64,000 nucleotides of DNA, taken from the NCBI GenBank assembly GCA_002269645.1, contig NIVC01001908.1, positions 1 to 64,000 on the forward strand. The letters run 5' to 3'. Position 1 is the first letter of the stretch, and the number at the start of each line of letters is the position of its first letter. Source of the DNA: Macrostomum lignano (lineage: Eukaryota). The notes beneath the pieces were generated by a model that had not been told where the DNA came from, did not search any database, and saw nothing but the letters and a program-made list of their open reading frames with translations. Shown piece after piece: positions 38,634 through 51,916 of this stretch. Made by a program: the position numbers and the translations under genes.

Positions 38634-38724
38634 TTAACACAAAAGCTTCAACACACAGGGTGGGCAGCGGAAAGTTAAAAAAAACAGTACTTGAGCTGTT
38701 AGATATCTTGTATCTTCCACTCAC

Positions 38725-38836
38725 AATAGCGCTTCGGCCCGTCCTCCATCAGCAGCTGGATGGTGAGCACCGAGTCGTCCTCGAAAAACTCGGTGGCAAA
38801 CTGGTCCCACCAGAAGTTCTGGCCGTCGCTTTCGCA
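38725..38836 (-). CDS. LDB: Ldb exon 2 (dimerisation domain)
   Basis: CESDGQNFWWDQFATEFFEDDSVLTIQLLMEDGPKRY (Ldb1 NLWWDAFTTEFFEDDAMLTITFCLEDGPKRY). ACAG acceptor and GTGAGT donor. Confidence 0.97.
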
Positions 38837-38913
38837 CTGTTATAAAAGTTAATTTTATAAATATTTGTCTATCGATGAAGACATTATATGCCAGAACAGT
38901 TTCCCCCACTGAC

Positions 38914-39159
38914 CTCTGGCCGCTGCTGCAGTCGCTTGTTCATCTCATGGATCCGAACGTCTGGAGTTCCCATCAGGCAGTGCTGCTGCGGGGGCGGCGG
39001 CGGCGGCAGAGGTGTCCTAAAAAATGGTGGGTCTTGATAAAATGCCTGCTGCTGCGGTGGCGGCGGAGGTGGCGGTGGCGGCGGCCCGAGCATCGACATC
39101 ATAGGTCCAGCCAACGGCGACATTCCCGACGGAGTTGGAGGCGGCGGCGGCGGCAGCAT
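38914..39159 (-). CDS. LDB: LIM domain-binding protein exon 1
   Basis: ATG at 39159 with an in-frame TAA upstream. A Pro-rich leader precedes DVRIHEMNKRLQQRPE (Ldb1 DYRIYELNKRLQNWTE). GTCAGT donor, phase 0. Confidence 0.9.
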
Positions 39160-40179
39160 TGTCGATTTTAGCGGTTGTTAGGGAGGCAAAAACTTCTGTT
39201 CAGACTCGAGCTCGAGTTGGCGATGAAGCCCGGTTAGGATGCTGGGCAGCCATGGAGATTAGTAGTATCTATCTGTGCCAACACGCCTATTGACTGTCCG
39301 AGACACTCGCGCCTCTCTCGGAAAATAATTCCGAATGGCTGCTTGTTGACTGGCAAGGTGGCGATGGCTTTATGGGAGCCGAGGGGCTGGGAGTCAGGGG
39401 GGGGGGAGACGGCAGTGCGGGGAGGAGGGGGGAGACGTGTGAGAAGGTGGGAGCTGAGCAGCATGGTCTGGGGGTGGGGAGTTGGGGAGGGGAGGGCAGA
39501 AACTCTAGGCAAAGAGAGAAGAGCAGGGGCAGGAGGCCAGTGTGGACTGCACCGACCATGGCCCGGCAACCCTGCCTCGGGATTTAGAAAGTTTCAATTA
39601 TTAGAGAGTGGCTTTGTCTTTTTAACCTTGTCACCAACCCCTCCCCTCAGACTTATTTCATAATACTAGTATTATCAACAATTTTGTATTACTTCAGTAC
39701 AATGCACTTATTTAGAAGATTATTGTTGGCCCAGAACAGTGTGTGTTCTGAGGCTGTCTACGCTATCTCGTCTCTCCTCATCACCTCGTGTAGCAAGTGG
39801 AGTCGCCATGCACACACACAGCAGCAGCAGCAACATGCTGCACTAACAACAGTTTAAAACAGGTTGATTCTGAGCTGGAGAAAGCTGGAGAAGGGTGGCT
39901 GGTTGCCTTCTGCCGCCTGTCTGCCTCAGCATTTCTCTTACCGCACACCCAGTAAGAGAGAGATTTAGAGGAGGGCAAAGAGGAAGTGTTGGTGCTGGGA
40001 CCGTCTGTCTCTCCTCCATCCCTCTATCCCAGTCAAGGACGCCTTGAACCAGAGTCTGGATTGGACTACTAACTCGTCCACAAATTATCAGTTTTTGTTT
40101 AGGATGAAGCTAGGAGGACAGATACTGCGGATGCAACCAAAATTCTTTGATTAAATCAAATTGTTCAATTCAATTGCTC

Positions 40180-41105
40180 ACTTTAGGTGTCAGGAGTGCC
40201 TCACTTTGGGTCTCAGCAGTGCCTCACTTTGGGTCTCAGCAGTGCCTCACTTTGGGTGTCAAGAGTGCCTCATTTTGGGTGTCAGCAGTGTCTCAATTTT
40301 TGTGTCAGCAGTGTCTCACTTTGGGTGTCTGTCAGGAGTGCCTCACTTTGGGTGTCAGCAGTGTCTCAATTCTTGTGTCAGCAGTGCCTCACTTTGGGTG
40401 TCAGCAGTGTCTCACTTTGGGTGTCAGCAGTGTCTCAATTTTTGTGTCAGCAGTGTCTCAATTTTTGTGTCAGCAGTGTCTCACTTTGGGTGTCAGGAGT
40501 GCCTCACTTTGGGTGTCAGCAGTGTCTCAATTTGGGTGTCAGAAGTGCCTCACTTTGGGTGTCAGGAGTGTCTCACTTTGGGTGTCAGCAGTGTCTCAAT
40601 TTTTGTGTCAGCAGTGTCTCACTTTGGGTGTCAGGAGTGCCTCACTTTGGGTGTCAGCAGTGTCTCACTTTGGGTGTCAGGAGTGCCTCACTTTGGGTGT
40701 CAGCAGTGTCCTCACTTTGGGTGTCAGCAGTGTCCTCAATTTGGGTGTCAGGAGTGCCTCACTTTGGGTGTCAGCAGTGTCCTCACTTTGGGTGTCAGCA
40801 GTGTCCTCAATTTGGGTGTCAGGAGTGCCTCACTTTGGGTGTCAGGAGTGTCTCACTTTGGGTGTCAGAAGTGTCCTCACTTTGGGTGTCAGCAGTGTCC
40901 TCAATTTGGGTGTCAGGAGTGCCCTCACTTTAGGTGTCAGGAGTGCCCTCACTTTAGGTGTCAGGAGTGTCCTCACTTTGGGTGTCAGCAGTGTCCTCAC
41001 TTTGGGTGTCAAGAGTGCCTCACTTTGGGTGTCAGGAGTGCCTCACTTTGGGTGTCAAGAGTGCCTCACTTTGGGTGTCAGGAGTGCCTCACTTTGGGTG
41101 TCAGA
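40180..41105. repeat. 23-bp satellite, block 1
   Basis: TGCCTCACTTTGGGTGTCAGGAG units. Confidence 0.95.
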
Positions 41106-42339
41106 AACTTTCAGGATAAATTCATTCAATTGCCACAATGCAGGCTTGAGGATGAGTTTAGCACTACAGATCCTTGCTTTTAAGCCTCCATGACCCCTAG
41201 TCGACGAAGGCTGGGCCAGTCGCACAGGACTGGGACGAGTGGGGAGGGGGTGAGCTGAGCTCAGAGACAAGCGCGCGCGTGAATCCGCCTGCCCGTTCCT
41301 CTTCTCTCCCCCGGAATGGGCTGGGTGGGTTGGTAAAGGGAAATTATAAGAGAAGATGAAGAATGGAAGGAAGCTGCAGGCCAGCAGCCTCCCCCGCCCC
41401 CCTCCTCCTCCAAAATTCCGTGTTGGAAATGTCAGGAAAGCTTTGGAGGATATCGTTGTATTAGAGAGAGAGAGGGGGAGTAGAGATGCGAGCCCAAGTC
41501 GTGAGAACCTGTAAACCCTGGTAGCCCAGGGACTGCGCTGACTTGTGCAGCCTTCCACAGCAGCCTCAGCCATCCCAACCCCTCAGCAGCTTAATAAATC
41601 TTCTACCAGCAAGTCGCGCGCCACACATTATGCCTTTAAAACTGGGGGGGGGTAGCCTTTCAGAGCTTGTTTGGCCGGACAGTGTTTTACTCATAGGGAA
41701 ATGGATGAGTAAACTGTAGCCCAATCAGAATATGGTATGATCTGCCACTATAAATTTTATTGTACCTGATTAAACTACTAACAGTAGCCAGCAAATTGCA
41801 AATGAATGGCACTCACCTTAGTTAACTGACTTTGCGAATGCTTAAAAGCTTTTCCTTTGTCTAGAAAGTCATGGAATAATTTCTGAAGCTGATGGCGGAC
41901 CAGATTCTCTTGTTGCCTGGCTTGTAGTCAGCCTATTTATAATGGAGTCTCACACACTGACAGCTAGATGGCTGGGTAAAGATACTGCTCCGCCAGAGCA
42001 AACAGATCAGATCATTTCGGCCGGCAGATCAAAGTACGAGCGTAATAAAGACACAAAGTTTGTTCGGTTTGCACAATTCTTCAAGACAGTCGTATCGGAG
42101 CTTAAAAGTGACAGGTGGAGTGACTGGAAGTTATCTAGGGACCAGTGTGCTCAAACTGACTGACCATTAATCAATTCTATAGGTGATTAATTTCTACCAA
42201 ATCCCAATATGAGGCGCGGGAGTTGCTCTGAATGTGTGCGAACTGTTGTCAAGTCTTGTAATCAGTTTCTTGTGTAAATGACGGAATGACGAAAGACCTG
42301 GATGTGAACACGAGGTCAACCGCGTTTGGAGCTAATGTT

Positions 42340-43985
42340 TCCTGTCAGGTGCCTCACTTTGGGTGTCAGGTGCCTCACTTTGGGAGTCAGGAGTGCCTCA
42401 ATTTGGGTGTCAGCAGTGTCTCACTTTGGGTGTCAGGAGTGCCTCACTTTGGGTGTCAGGTGCCTCACTTTGGGTGTCAGGTGCCTCACTTTGGGTGTCA
42501 GCAGTGTCTCAATTTGGGTGTCAGGTGCCTCACTTTGGGAGTCAGGTGCCTCACTTTGGGAGTCAGGAGTGCCTCACTTTGGGTGTCAGGAGTGCCTCAC
42601 TTTGGGTGTCAGGTGCCTCACTTTGGGAGTCAGGAGTGCCTCACTTTGGGAGTCAGGAGTGCCTCACTTTGGGTGTCAGCAGTGTCTCACTTTGGGTGTC
42701 AGGAGTGTCTCACTTTGGTTGTCAGCAGTGTCTCACTTTGGGTGTCAGGAGTGTCTCACTTTGGTTGTCAGCAGTGTCTCACTTTGGGTGTCAGGAGTGC
42801 CTCACTTTGAATGTCAGGAGTGCCTCACTTTGGGTGTCAGGAGTGTCTCACTTTGGTTGTCAGCAGTGTCTCACTTTGGGTGTCAGGAGTGTCTCACTTT
42901 GGGTGTCAGGAGTGCCTCCCTTTGGGTGTCAGCAGTGTCTCACTTTTGGTGTCAGCAGTGTCTCACTTTGTTTGTCAGGAGTGTCTCACTTTGGGTGTCA
43001 GGAGTGCCTCACTTTGGGTGTCAGCAGTGTCTACTTTGAGTGTCAGGAGTGCCTCACTTTGGGTGTCAGGAGTGCCTCACTTTGGGTGTCAGCAGTGTCT
43101 CACTTTGAGTGTCAGGAGTGCCTCACTTTGGGTGTCAGGAGTGCCTCACTTTGGGTGTCAGAGTGCCTCACTTTGTGTGTCAGGAGTGCCTCACTTTGGG
43201 TGTCAGGAGTGCCTCACTTTGAGTGTCAGGAGTGCCTCACTTTGGGTGTCAGGAGTGCCTCACTTTGAGTGTCAGGAGTGCCTCACTTTGGGTGTCAGGA
43301 GTGTCTCACTTTGAATGTCAGGAGTGCCTCACTTTGGGTGTCAGGAGTGCCTCACTTTGAGTGTCAGCAGTGTCTCACTTTGAGTGTCAGGAGTGCCTCA
43401 CTTTGGGTGTCAGGAGTGCCTCACTTTGGGTGTCAGAGTGCCTCACTTTGTGTGTCAGGAGTGCCTCACTTTGGGTGTCAGGAGTGCCTCACTTTGGGTG
43501 TCAGGAGTGCCTCACTTTGGGTGTCAGGAGTGCCTCACTTTGGGTGTCAGGAGTGCCTCACTTTGGGTGTCAGGAGTGTCTCACTTTGAATGTCAGGAGT
43601 GCCTCACTTTGGGTGTCAGGATTGCCTCACTTTGGGTGTCAGGAGTGCCTCACTTTGGGTGTCAGGAGTGCCTCACTTTGGGTGTCAGGAGTGCCTCACT
43701 TTGTGTTTCAGGAGTGCTTCACTTTGGGTGTCAGGAGTGCCTCACTTTGGGTGTCAGGAGTGCCTCACTTTGGGTGTCAGGAGTGCCTCACTTTGGGTGT
43801 CAGGAGTGCCTCACTTTGGGTGTCAGGAGTGCCTCACTTTGGGTGTCAGGAGTGCCTCACTTTGGGTGTCAGGAGTGCCTCACTTTGTGTGTCAGGAGTG
43901 CCTCACTTTGTGTGTCAGGATTGCCTCACTTTGGGCGTCAGGAGTGCCTCACTTTGGGTGTCAGGAGTGCCTCACTTCAGAAGTC
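42340..43985. repeat. 23-bp satellite, block 2
   Basis: Same unit and orientation as 40180-41105. Confidence 0.95.
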
Positions 43986-44348
43986 AGTGTCAGACGCATC
44001 AAGGTTATTATCCGAACGACTCCAGACTTCGGACCAAGCAGCCGAATTCAATTAAACACTGGCTACCTTCTCCAGTTCCATGCATTCGGTTTGTCCTAAA
44101 ATTCACCCCCAGATGGCGCCAGTTCTGAAAAAAAAGATGTTTCTTAGCAACTCGTCTCACTTTTGCAGAGCGACTCCTTCGCCTCAATAGCTGAGCAGAT
44201 GGTGCGGCCAGGGCCATTCAGAGCGGAGGCTGTAGCAGAAAATTGATTGATTAAAATAGCCAAACTAATTCACCGACCGGCAAAGACATTACTTGGAACA
44301 AAGACACGGGTATGGAAAAATGTCAATACAAGATTGTCAACAGCCAGT

Positions 44349-44467
44349 GGCAACGGCCATACCACGTTGAAAACACCGGTTCTCGTCTGATCACCGAAGT
44401 TAAGCAACTTTGGGTTTGGTTAGTACTTGGATGGGTGACCGCCTGGGAATACCAAATGCTGTTGTCT
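44349..44467 (+). rRNA. 5S rRNA
   Basis: GGCAACGGCCATACCACGTTGAAAACACCGGTTCTCG...AGTACTTGGATGGGTGACCGCCTGGGAATACCAAATGCTGTTGTC. Helix I (GGCAAC/GTTGTC) pairs and the internal A/C boxes are present. Confidence 0.97.
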
Positions 44468-44471
44468 TTTT
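44467..44471 (+). terminator. Pol III T5 terminator of the 5S gene
   Basis: TTTTT immediately after the 5S 3' end. Confidence 0.85.
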
Positions 44472-44837
44472 GCATCTTTTAACTGCCGCGCGCTCATTAA
44501 CACTAATTCCATGCAGCTGCTGCACGCATTAATACAGTACTTTGATCCCTTCGAATCGATCAAGTTTACATGCGCACTGTGCACGTGATGACGCGATGCA
44601 CTACAATAGTTTTACGAGTATGCGGCGCCTTCTAAACATGTCGGCTAAAAGAAAGGCAGAGCTGCACATGCACTTTTTGGCGCGTCTTTTCAAGCTGCAG
44701 TGCACAAGAATGCTGCACTAGTCGGCATAACTTACTTGGAGTAGATGAAATTCTACATAATCATTTGCCCTAGGGCTCGCGGCTCAAGCGCAGAGCTGTG
44801 CACTGTTGGAGAGCGTTTTTCCATTCCACTCCCTTTG

Positions 44838-44950
44838 CCGTTTTGACGGTCTCTTACTGCGAAGACTCAATATTTTGCATGGTAAGACACCGCGTGGATC
44901 CAATTGAGCGATCTACTCAATTTTTGACAAGCCGCACTTTCGCGGCTGCC
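44838..44950 (+). ncRNA. Spliced-leader (SL) RNA gene, flatworm type
   Basis: A 44-nt leader ending in TTGCATG, a GTAAGA donor at 44882 that can pair with TCTTAC in the leader, hairpin TGGATC/GATCTA, Sm site AATTTTTGA (44919-44927) and terminal hairpin AGCCGC/GCGGCT. Confidence 0.92.
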
Positions 44951-45755
44951 TAACAAAGCTAATATATTTACTTGGCCCTGCTCTGAAAACTTAAGATAGT
45001 ACAGCCTTGCTTCAGTTTGATATACAATTGTAACGTATTTATTGGTTGACTTGATTACAGCTACATGTATGCATATGTAAACCATTGCTTCATATTGTTT
45101 ACATCGATCAGATAAAAAAATCTTTTCTTTTGTTATACTATGCTTGTAACTCTGCTAAATACCAGTAGAGAAGTTTGTAATTGGATTCTATCTTAAGTAT
45201 ATAATTAACGTCCTGGGCTGGCTAATCTTTTCTGATAAAAATTGCAAAGGAAGATTACAGTTCGATCAAAAGCAAAATAAAAAATGATATACAAATAGCA
45301 CTAAATAGCAAATTTGAGCCAGTCTGACACAGTCATGATTTTGTGTTGATTGAAATTTAATTATGGAATTCTGTAGACTTATACAATATTTAAGTTTCGT
45401 CTAGTGATTTTTGGCATGGCTTCTTCTTGAGGATACGAATATACCTTTAACACTCATATCCAAAGTAATTATATAGAGATAGCGAGCCGTCTTTTTCGGA
45501 AAAATTTCTCTTTAAGACTCCAAATGAAAATATGTAAAACTTTTCATAATTTTTAAAAGGTGACACAAAATAAATAAATAATATAATTATTAGAAATATA
45601 AAGGTAACATATTTGGGAATTTTGTTATGGTGCTTTCACGGCCGAAAATAAAATTTCGCACGAGCTTAAAATGAGCGTAAAACAGGTTCACGCGCGTTGT
45701 TCATTATAGATGCTCGTGTCGTATCATACTAGAAAAACAAAAAAATCAATTGATA

Positions 45756-45843
45756 ATGGCGGAACAGTCTTGCCTTTTTGTGATCATTGGGCGCTGTCGC
45801 ACTGAAGAGGACAATATACATCAGGAGAACTTGTTGACTTCAG
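45756..45843 (+). CDS. MAP1: MAP1/futsch-like protein exon 1
   Basis: MAEQSCLFVIIGRCRTEEDNIHQENLLTS (cf. MAP1B FYLLVVVGEIVTEEH). AG|GTAAAA donor, phase 1. Confidence 0.75.
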
Positions 45844-46382
45844 GTAAAATCTAAAAATACGTAACTAATAATTCATTAATTTAATAGTTTTTTTCTGAGC
45901 CAGATTTACTCTGAAAACACGATCAATGTAGATACTTTAAGTGTTTAGTGCTTTTTGAAAAAATGATAGGATAATTTAAAGCACTCTGACCTTTATAACT
46001 AGAGTGAACTTGTTTTAAATTCTTACATATATTTTCGTTACATACAGAAATTATTGTATTTAGCTTCTTGTGCAAAGCAGCAAAGTAATTTTTAAATGTT
46101 TCACAGCCTCGGATTTTTATTTAGGTATTTATTGCAAAGCTAACAATAGTGGAGGGGATTTTAGTAAATAAAAATTATTTAATCTTTTAGGATTAAATTT
46201 GAACACTTTTTGACTGGGTTTACATGTTTTCAATTCTCAAATTTTAATTCAAGTATTTTGAAGTTCCTTTATAGACGACTTTGTGTTACTTATTCAGCTG
46301 TATTTTTATATATTTTTTAAACTATACGTACTAGCTCGTAACAAAAAAAAACGAAAAGCATGATTGAATAAATTTTTTTCAG

Positions 46383-46484
46383 GTCTTCTGGCATGGGAGG
46401 GCCTCGCAGATCCTGGACTGAAGTCAGATCTTTTGCAGATTCTGTCCGCGGCTAAAGGATCACAGACAAATTATAGTCGCGGCG
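46383..46484 (+). CDS. MAP1: MAP1-like exon 2
   Basis: TTTTCAG acceptor and GTGAGT donor, phases 1/1. GLLAWEGLADPGLKSDLLQILS (cf. MAP1B GIRSWD..LDQELKLFVS). Confidence 0.8.
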
Positions 46485-46654
46485 GTGAGTATCTGCTACT
46501 TAAGTTTTTAAGCTGTAAATGCTTTCGCGGCTTGCATACTGAAATATTTATAAAACCATTTTAACTTTAAAGTCTCTCACCCTCTCTTCTTTCTTTGAAC
46601 TGAGAAAGAGTCGAGAGGATTGAAACTGGTTGCCAATAACTCGACACGCAGTGA

Positions 46655-47682
<1,028 letters not shown>

Positions 47683-48204
47683 CGTTTTGAGAATCAGCCG
47701 TCAGCCGCGCTCAGACAGGAAAGAAGCCAACCCCCCCGAGCTCACAGCAGGGAATATTTTCATACTAAAGGCGCGATCGCAGAGCCCAAGTCGGAGGGCC
47801 CCATGCAGTAGGGTACAAAGGCGAGTCCTCATCCTTCCGCCAGTTAGGCTGAATTCTCACTTGACAGAGGGACGCGCTGTTCCGTTGGAGTCCCATCCCC
47901 CTAGGGAATTTCCGTTGACCATCTCAGCTTCCATAGTTTCCCATTTCTCTCTCTGCCACCCAGCATCTCCGTCTCTCATTGCAGCCTCTTACATTACTTG
48001 CTTGCCAGCCTCATCAAATTGAGTGCAGATGCAGAAAGCGGCTTGGCTTGGCCTGGGCTTGAAAAAATGAGTCCCCAGAGGTTGAAGACTTTTGCACTAT
48101 TGTTAACTCTGAGTTCTGGCTTGATGCAGGCGCTTTATGGGGTTGCTGCCTGCTTGGTATGTTAGGAAATTCTTTGCGAGATTATTGCTTACCCAGTGTT
48201 TATG

Positions 48205-49638
48205 ACTGGCTGTGTCCTACAGACAGTGAGTGTTTATGGCTGTGTCCTACAGACAGTGAGTGTTTATGACTGGCTGTGTCCTACAGACAGTGAGTGTTTA
48301 TGACTGTGTCCTACAGACAGTGAGTGTTTATGACTGGCTGTGTCCTACAGACAGTGAGTGTTTATGACTGGCTGTGTCCTGCAGACAGTGAGTGTTTATG
48401 ACTGGCTGTGTCCTACAGACAGTGAGTGTTTATGACTGGCTGTGTCCTACAGACAGTGAGTGTTTACGACTGACTGTGTCCTGCAGACAGTGAGTGTTTA
48501 TGACTGGCTGTGTCCTACAGACAGTGAGTGTTTATGACTGACTGTGTCCTGCAGACAGTGAGTGTTTATGACTGACTGTGTCCTACAGACAGTGAGTGTT
48601 TATGACTGACTGTGTCCTACAGACAGTGAGTGTTTATGACGGGCTGTGTCCTGCAGACAGTGAGTGTTTATGACTGACTGTGTCCTACAGACAGTGAGTG
48701 TTTATGACTGGCTGTGTCCTACAGACAGTGAGTGTTTATGACTGACTGTGTCCTACAGACAGTGAGTGTTTATGACGGGCTGTGTCCTGCAGACAGTGAG
48801 TGTTTATGACTGACTGTGTCCTGCAGACAGTGAGTGTTTATGGCTGGCTGTGTCCTACAGACAGTGAGTGTTTATGGCTGGCTGTGTCCTACAAACAGTG
48901 AGTGTTTATGACTGGCTGTGTCCTGCAGACAGTGAGTGTTTATGACTGTGTCCTACAGACAGTGAGTTTTTATGACTGGCTGTGTCCTACAGACAGTGAG
49001 TGTTTATGACTGGCTGTGTCCTGCAGACAGTGACTGTTTATGACTGACTGTGTCCTGCAGACAGTGAGTGTTTATGACTGGCTGTGTCCTGCAGACAGTG
49101 AGTGTTTATGACTGGCTGTGTCCTGCAGACAGTGAGTGTTTATGACTGGCTGTGTCCTACAGACAGTGAGTGTTTATGACTGACTGTGTCCTGCAGACAG
49201 TGAGTGTTTATGACTGGCTGTGTCCTGCAGACAGTGAGTGTTTATGGCTGGCTGTGTCCTACAGACAGTGAGTGTTTATGGCTGGCTGTGTCCTACAGAC
49301 AGTGAGTGTTTATGGCTGTGTCCTACAGACAGTGAGTTTTTATGACTGGCTGTGTCCTACAGACAGTGAGTGTTTATGACTGGCTGTGTCCTGCAGACAG
49401 TGAGTGTTTATGACTGGCTGTGTCCTGCAGACAGTGAGTGTTTATGGCTGGCTGTGTCCTACAGACAGTGAGTGTTTATGGCTGGCTGTGTCCTACAAAC
49501 AGTGAGTGTTTATGACTGGCTGTGTCCTGCAGACAGTGAGTGTTTATGACTGTGTCCTACAGACAGTGAGTTTTTATGACTGGCTGTGTCCTACAGACAG
49601 TGAGTGTTTATGACTGGCTGTGTCCTGCAGACAGTGAG
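48205..49638. repeat. 34-bp minisatellite in MAP1 intron 2
   Basis: GTGTTTATGACTGGCTGTGTCCTACAGACAGTGA units. Confidence 0.97.
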
Positions 49639-50529
49639 TCAATGTGTCTAACAAATTTTTCACCAAGAAAATTGACACTTTTATTACTTTCGCAGACACT
49701 GACAACAAAGGAGTCTGCAATCTGCATTTTCTTTTGACAAAGGAAACTGTAGGGAGATGCGAGGGACGAAAATGAGCAGGGAACTGAATCTGTCTGCATC
49801 TCGAAAGCGTCTCAAAGGCCTCCATCAGCTAATGGGGTTATTGCCAGACTCTCTGCACTTAAAATGCCAGCATTTTATGCTCCTCTGTGCAGCCATGCTC
49901 CAGAATATGCAGTCTGCCCTGGTGCATAGATGATGGATTGCCATCCGGATTATCAGGGTAGCCAGTAATCATATTTTCCCACCGTCAAACCATACGCATT
50001 AAGCCAGACTCAGACTCTCCTCAGTTTATTCGTCAAAGAATTTTTTGAGTAGAGAAAAAATCAATCAGTGGAGAAATGTCTGAACTAAGTTTTAATCTTC
50101 TTTTTCTCTCTTCTGAGATTCCTCCCAGCTTCAGTTTTGTAGTATTTCTGTGCGTCGCCTTTGAATCGATAGCTCATATCGATTTTTGAGATCCTGTCGA
50201 AAATTAACTTTTGCCTCAGCCTGTTGGAGCCAGAGAGAAGAGATGAGGGACTTCCTAATGAGCCACTTGAAGGCCGTGAGAAAATGCTGCAGCGGTCTCA
50301 AGTCAGACAGCAACAACAATGAATGATGGCCTGAGTCGGTGCCGCCCTCTACTCAAATTCCCAGTTCCGTGCACTTTTTCCTAATTTGAGCCTGAGCAAA
50401 GATTAAGGCATGGAGACCCCCCCCCCCGGCGCCGCAACGTTTTCTACTCCGACAGTCACCACATTCTCATTTTATTTGCACTTTTACTTTACTCTGTGCA
50501 AATTGTATGCGGCGTTGCATATTCTTCTC

Positions 50530-51355
50530 AGCTCATCTCACTGTCTCCCTCTCTGCATCTCACTCTCCCTCTCTGCATCTCACTGTCTCCCTCTCTGCAT
50601 CTCACTGTCTCTCTCTATGCATCTCACTGTCTCCCTCTCTGCATCTCACTGTCTGTCTTTCTGCATCTCATTGTCTCCCTCTCTGCATCTCATTGTCTCC
50701 CTCTCTGCATCTCATTGTCTCCCTCTCTGCATCTCACTGTCTCCCTCTCTGCATCTCACTGTCTCCCTCTCTGCATCTCACTGTCTCCCTCTCTGCATCT
50801 CACTGTCTCCCTCTTTGCATCTCACTGTCTCCCTCTCTGCATCTCACTGTCTCCCTCTCTGCATCTCATTGTCTCCCTCTCTACATCTCACTGTCTCCCT
50901 CTCTGCATCTCACTGTCTCCCTCTTTGCATCTCACTGTCTCCCTTTCTGCATCTCACTGTCTGTCTTTCTGCATCTCACCACCTGCCTCTCTGCATCTCA
51001 ATGTCTCCCTCTCTACATCTCACTGTCTCCCTCTCTGCATCTCATTGTCTCCCTCTCTGCATCTCATTGTCTCCCTTTCTGCATCTCACTGTCTGTCTTT
51101 CTGCATCTCATTGTCTGTCTTTCTGCATCTCATTGTCTCCCTCTCTGCATCTCATTGTCTCTCTTTCTGCATCTCACTGTCTGTCTTTCTGCATCTCACC
51201 ACCTGCCTCTCTGCATCTCAATGTCTCCCTCTCTACATCTCACTGTCTCCCTCTCTGCATCTCACTGTCTCCCTCTCTGCATCTCATTGTCTCCCTCTCT
51301 GCATCTCACTGTCTCCCTCTCTGCATCTCACCGCCTGCCTCTCTGAATCTCACTG
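50530..51355. repeat. 22-bp minisatellite in MAP1 intron 2
   Basis: GCATCTCACTGTCTCCCTCTCT units. Confidence 0.95.
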
Positions 51356-51916
51356 TCTACTTTTCTGTATCCCGACATCTCTGTCTCAGTCGCTGTTTCT
51401 AAGCGCGCGAACCATGTCCATGCATGCCTTGCATGGCTGAGCAAGCAGATTTCAGCCGGCAAGTAGCGTGAGCAATAGGACGGAAGCGAACCCCCAGTCG
51501 CAAATGATATGCAAGACAAAGTTGGCGCCAACCAGGCAGAGCATGTCGGACTGTGAGGAATGGAAAATGAGATGACAGCGCTACGGAGGAATATGCAGAA
51601 GTGCCGGTGCACTTTAGGCAAGCCCCCAAACCGTTGCTCCCTTAGTCGGTGAGAGAGAGTCTAGACTAGCTCTGAGCAGGGACTCAGAGTTCGTGTCTAG
51701 TCTCGATCCCGACCTCTCCAGCTTCCTTCATCTTCTTCCCCGCTCAGTCCCACAGCTCCAGCAATTTTTCACTTCCCACCCAACCGGGATGAATTTGTGC
51801 GCGTCTTTTGGATGACGGTTTTACACAAGCAGTCCTTGTCCAAGGGAGCGCGGTAGACATGGAAGGCCAGTTCTTTTCTAAGAAATAGCTAGACAAAATA
51901 GGTCAAGAAAGCCTGC

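Noticed and set aside
41942-42163. 73-aa ORF between the two 23-bp arrays
   Set aside because: No recognisable motif, splice support or coding-like codon bias.
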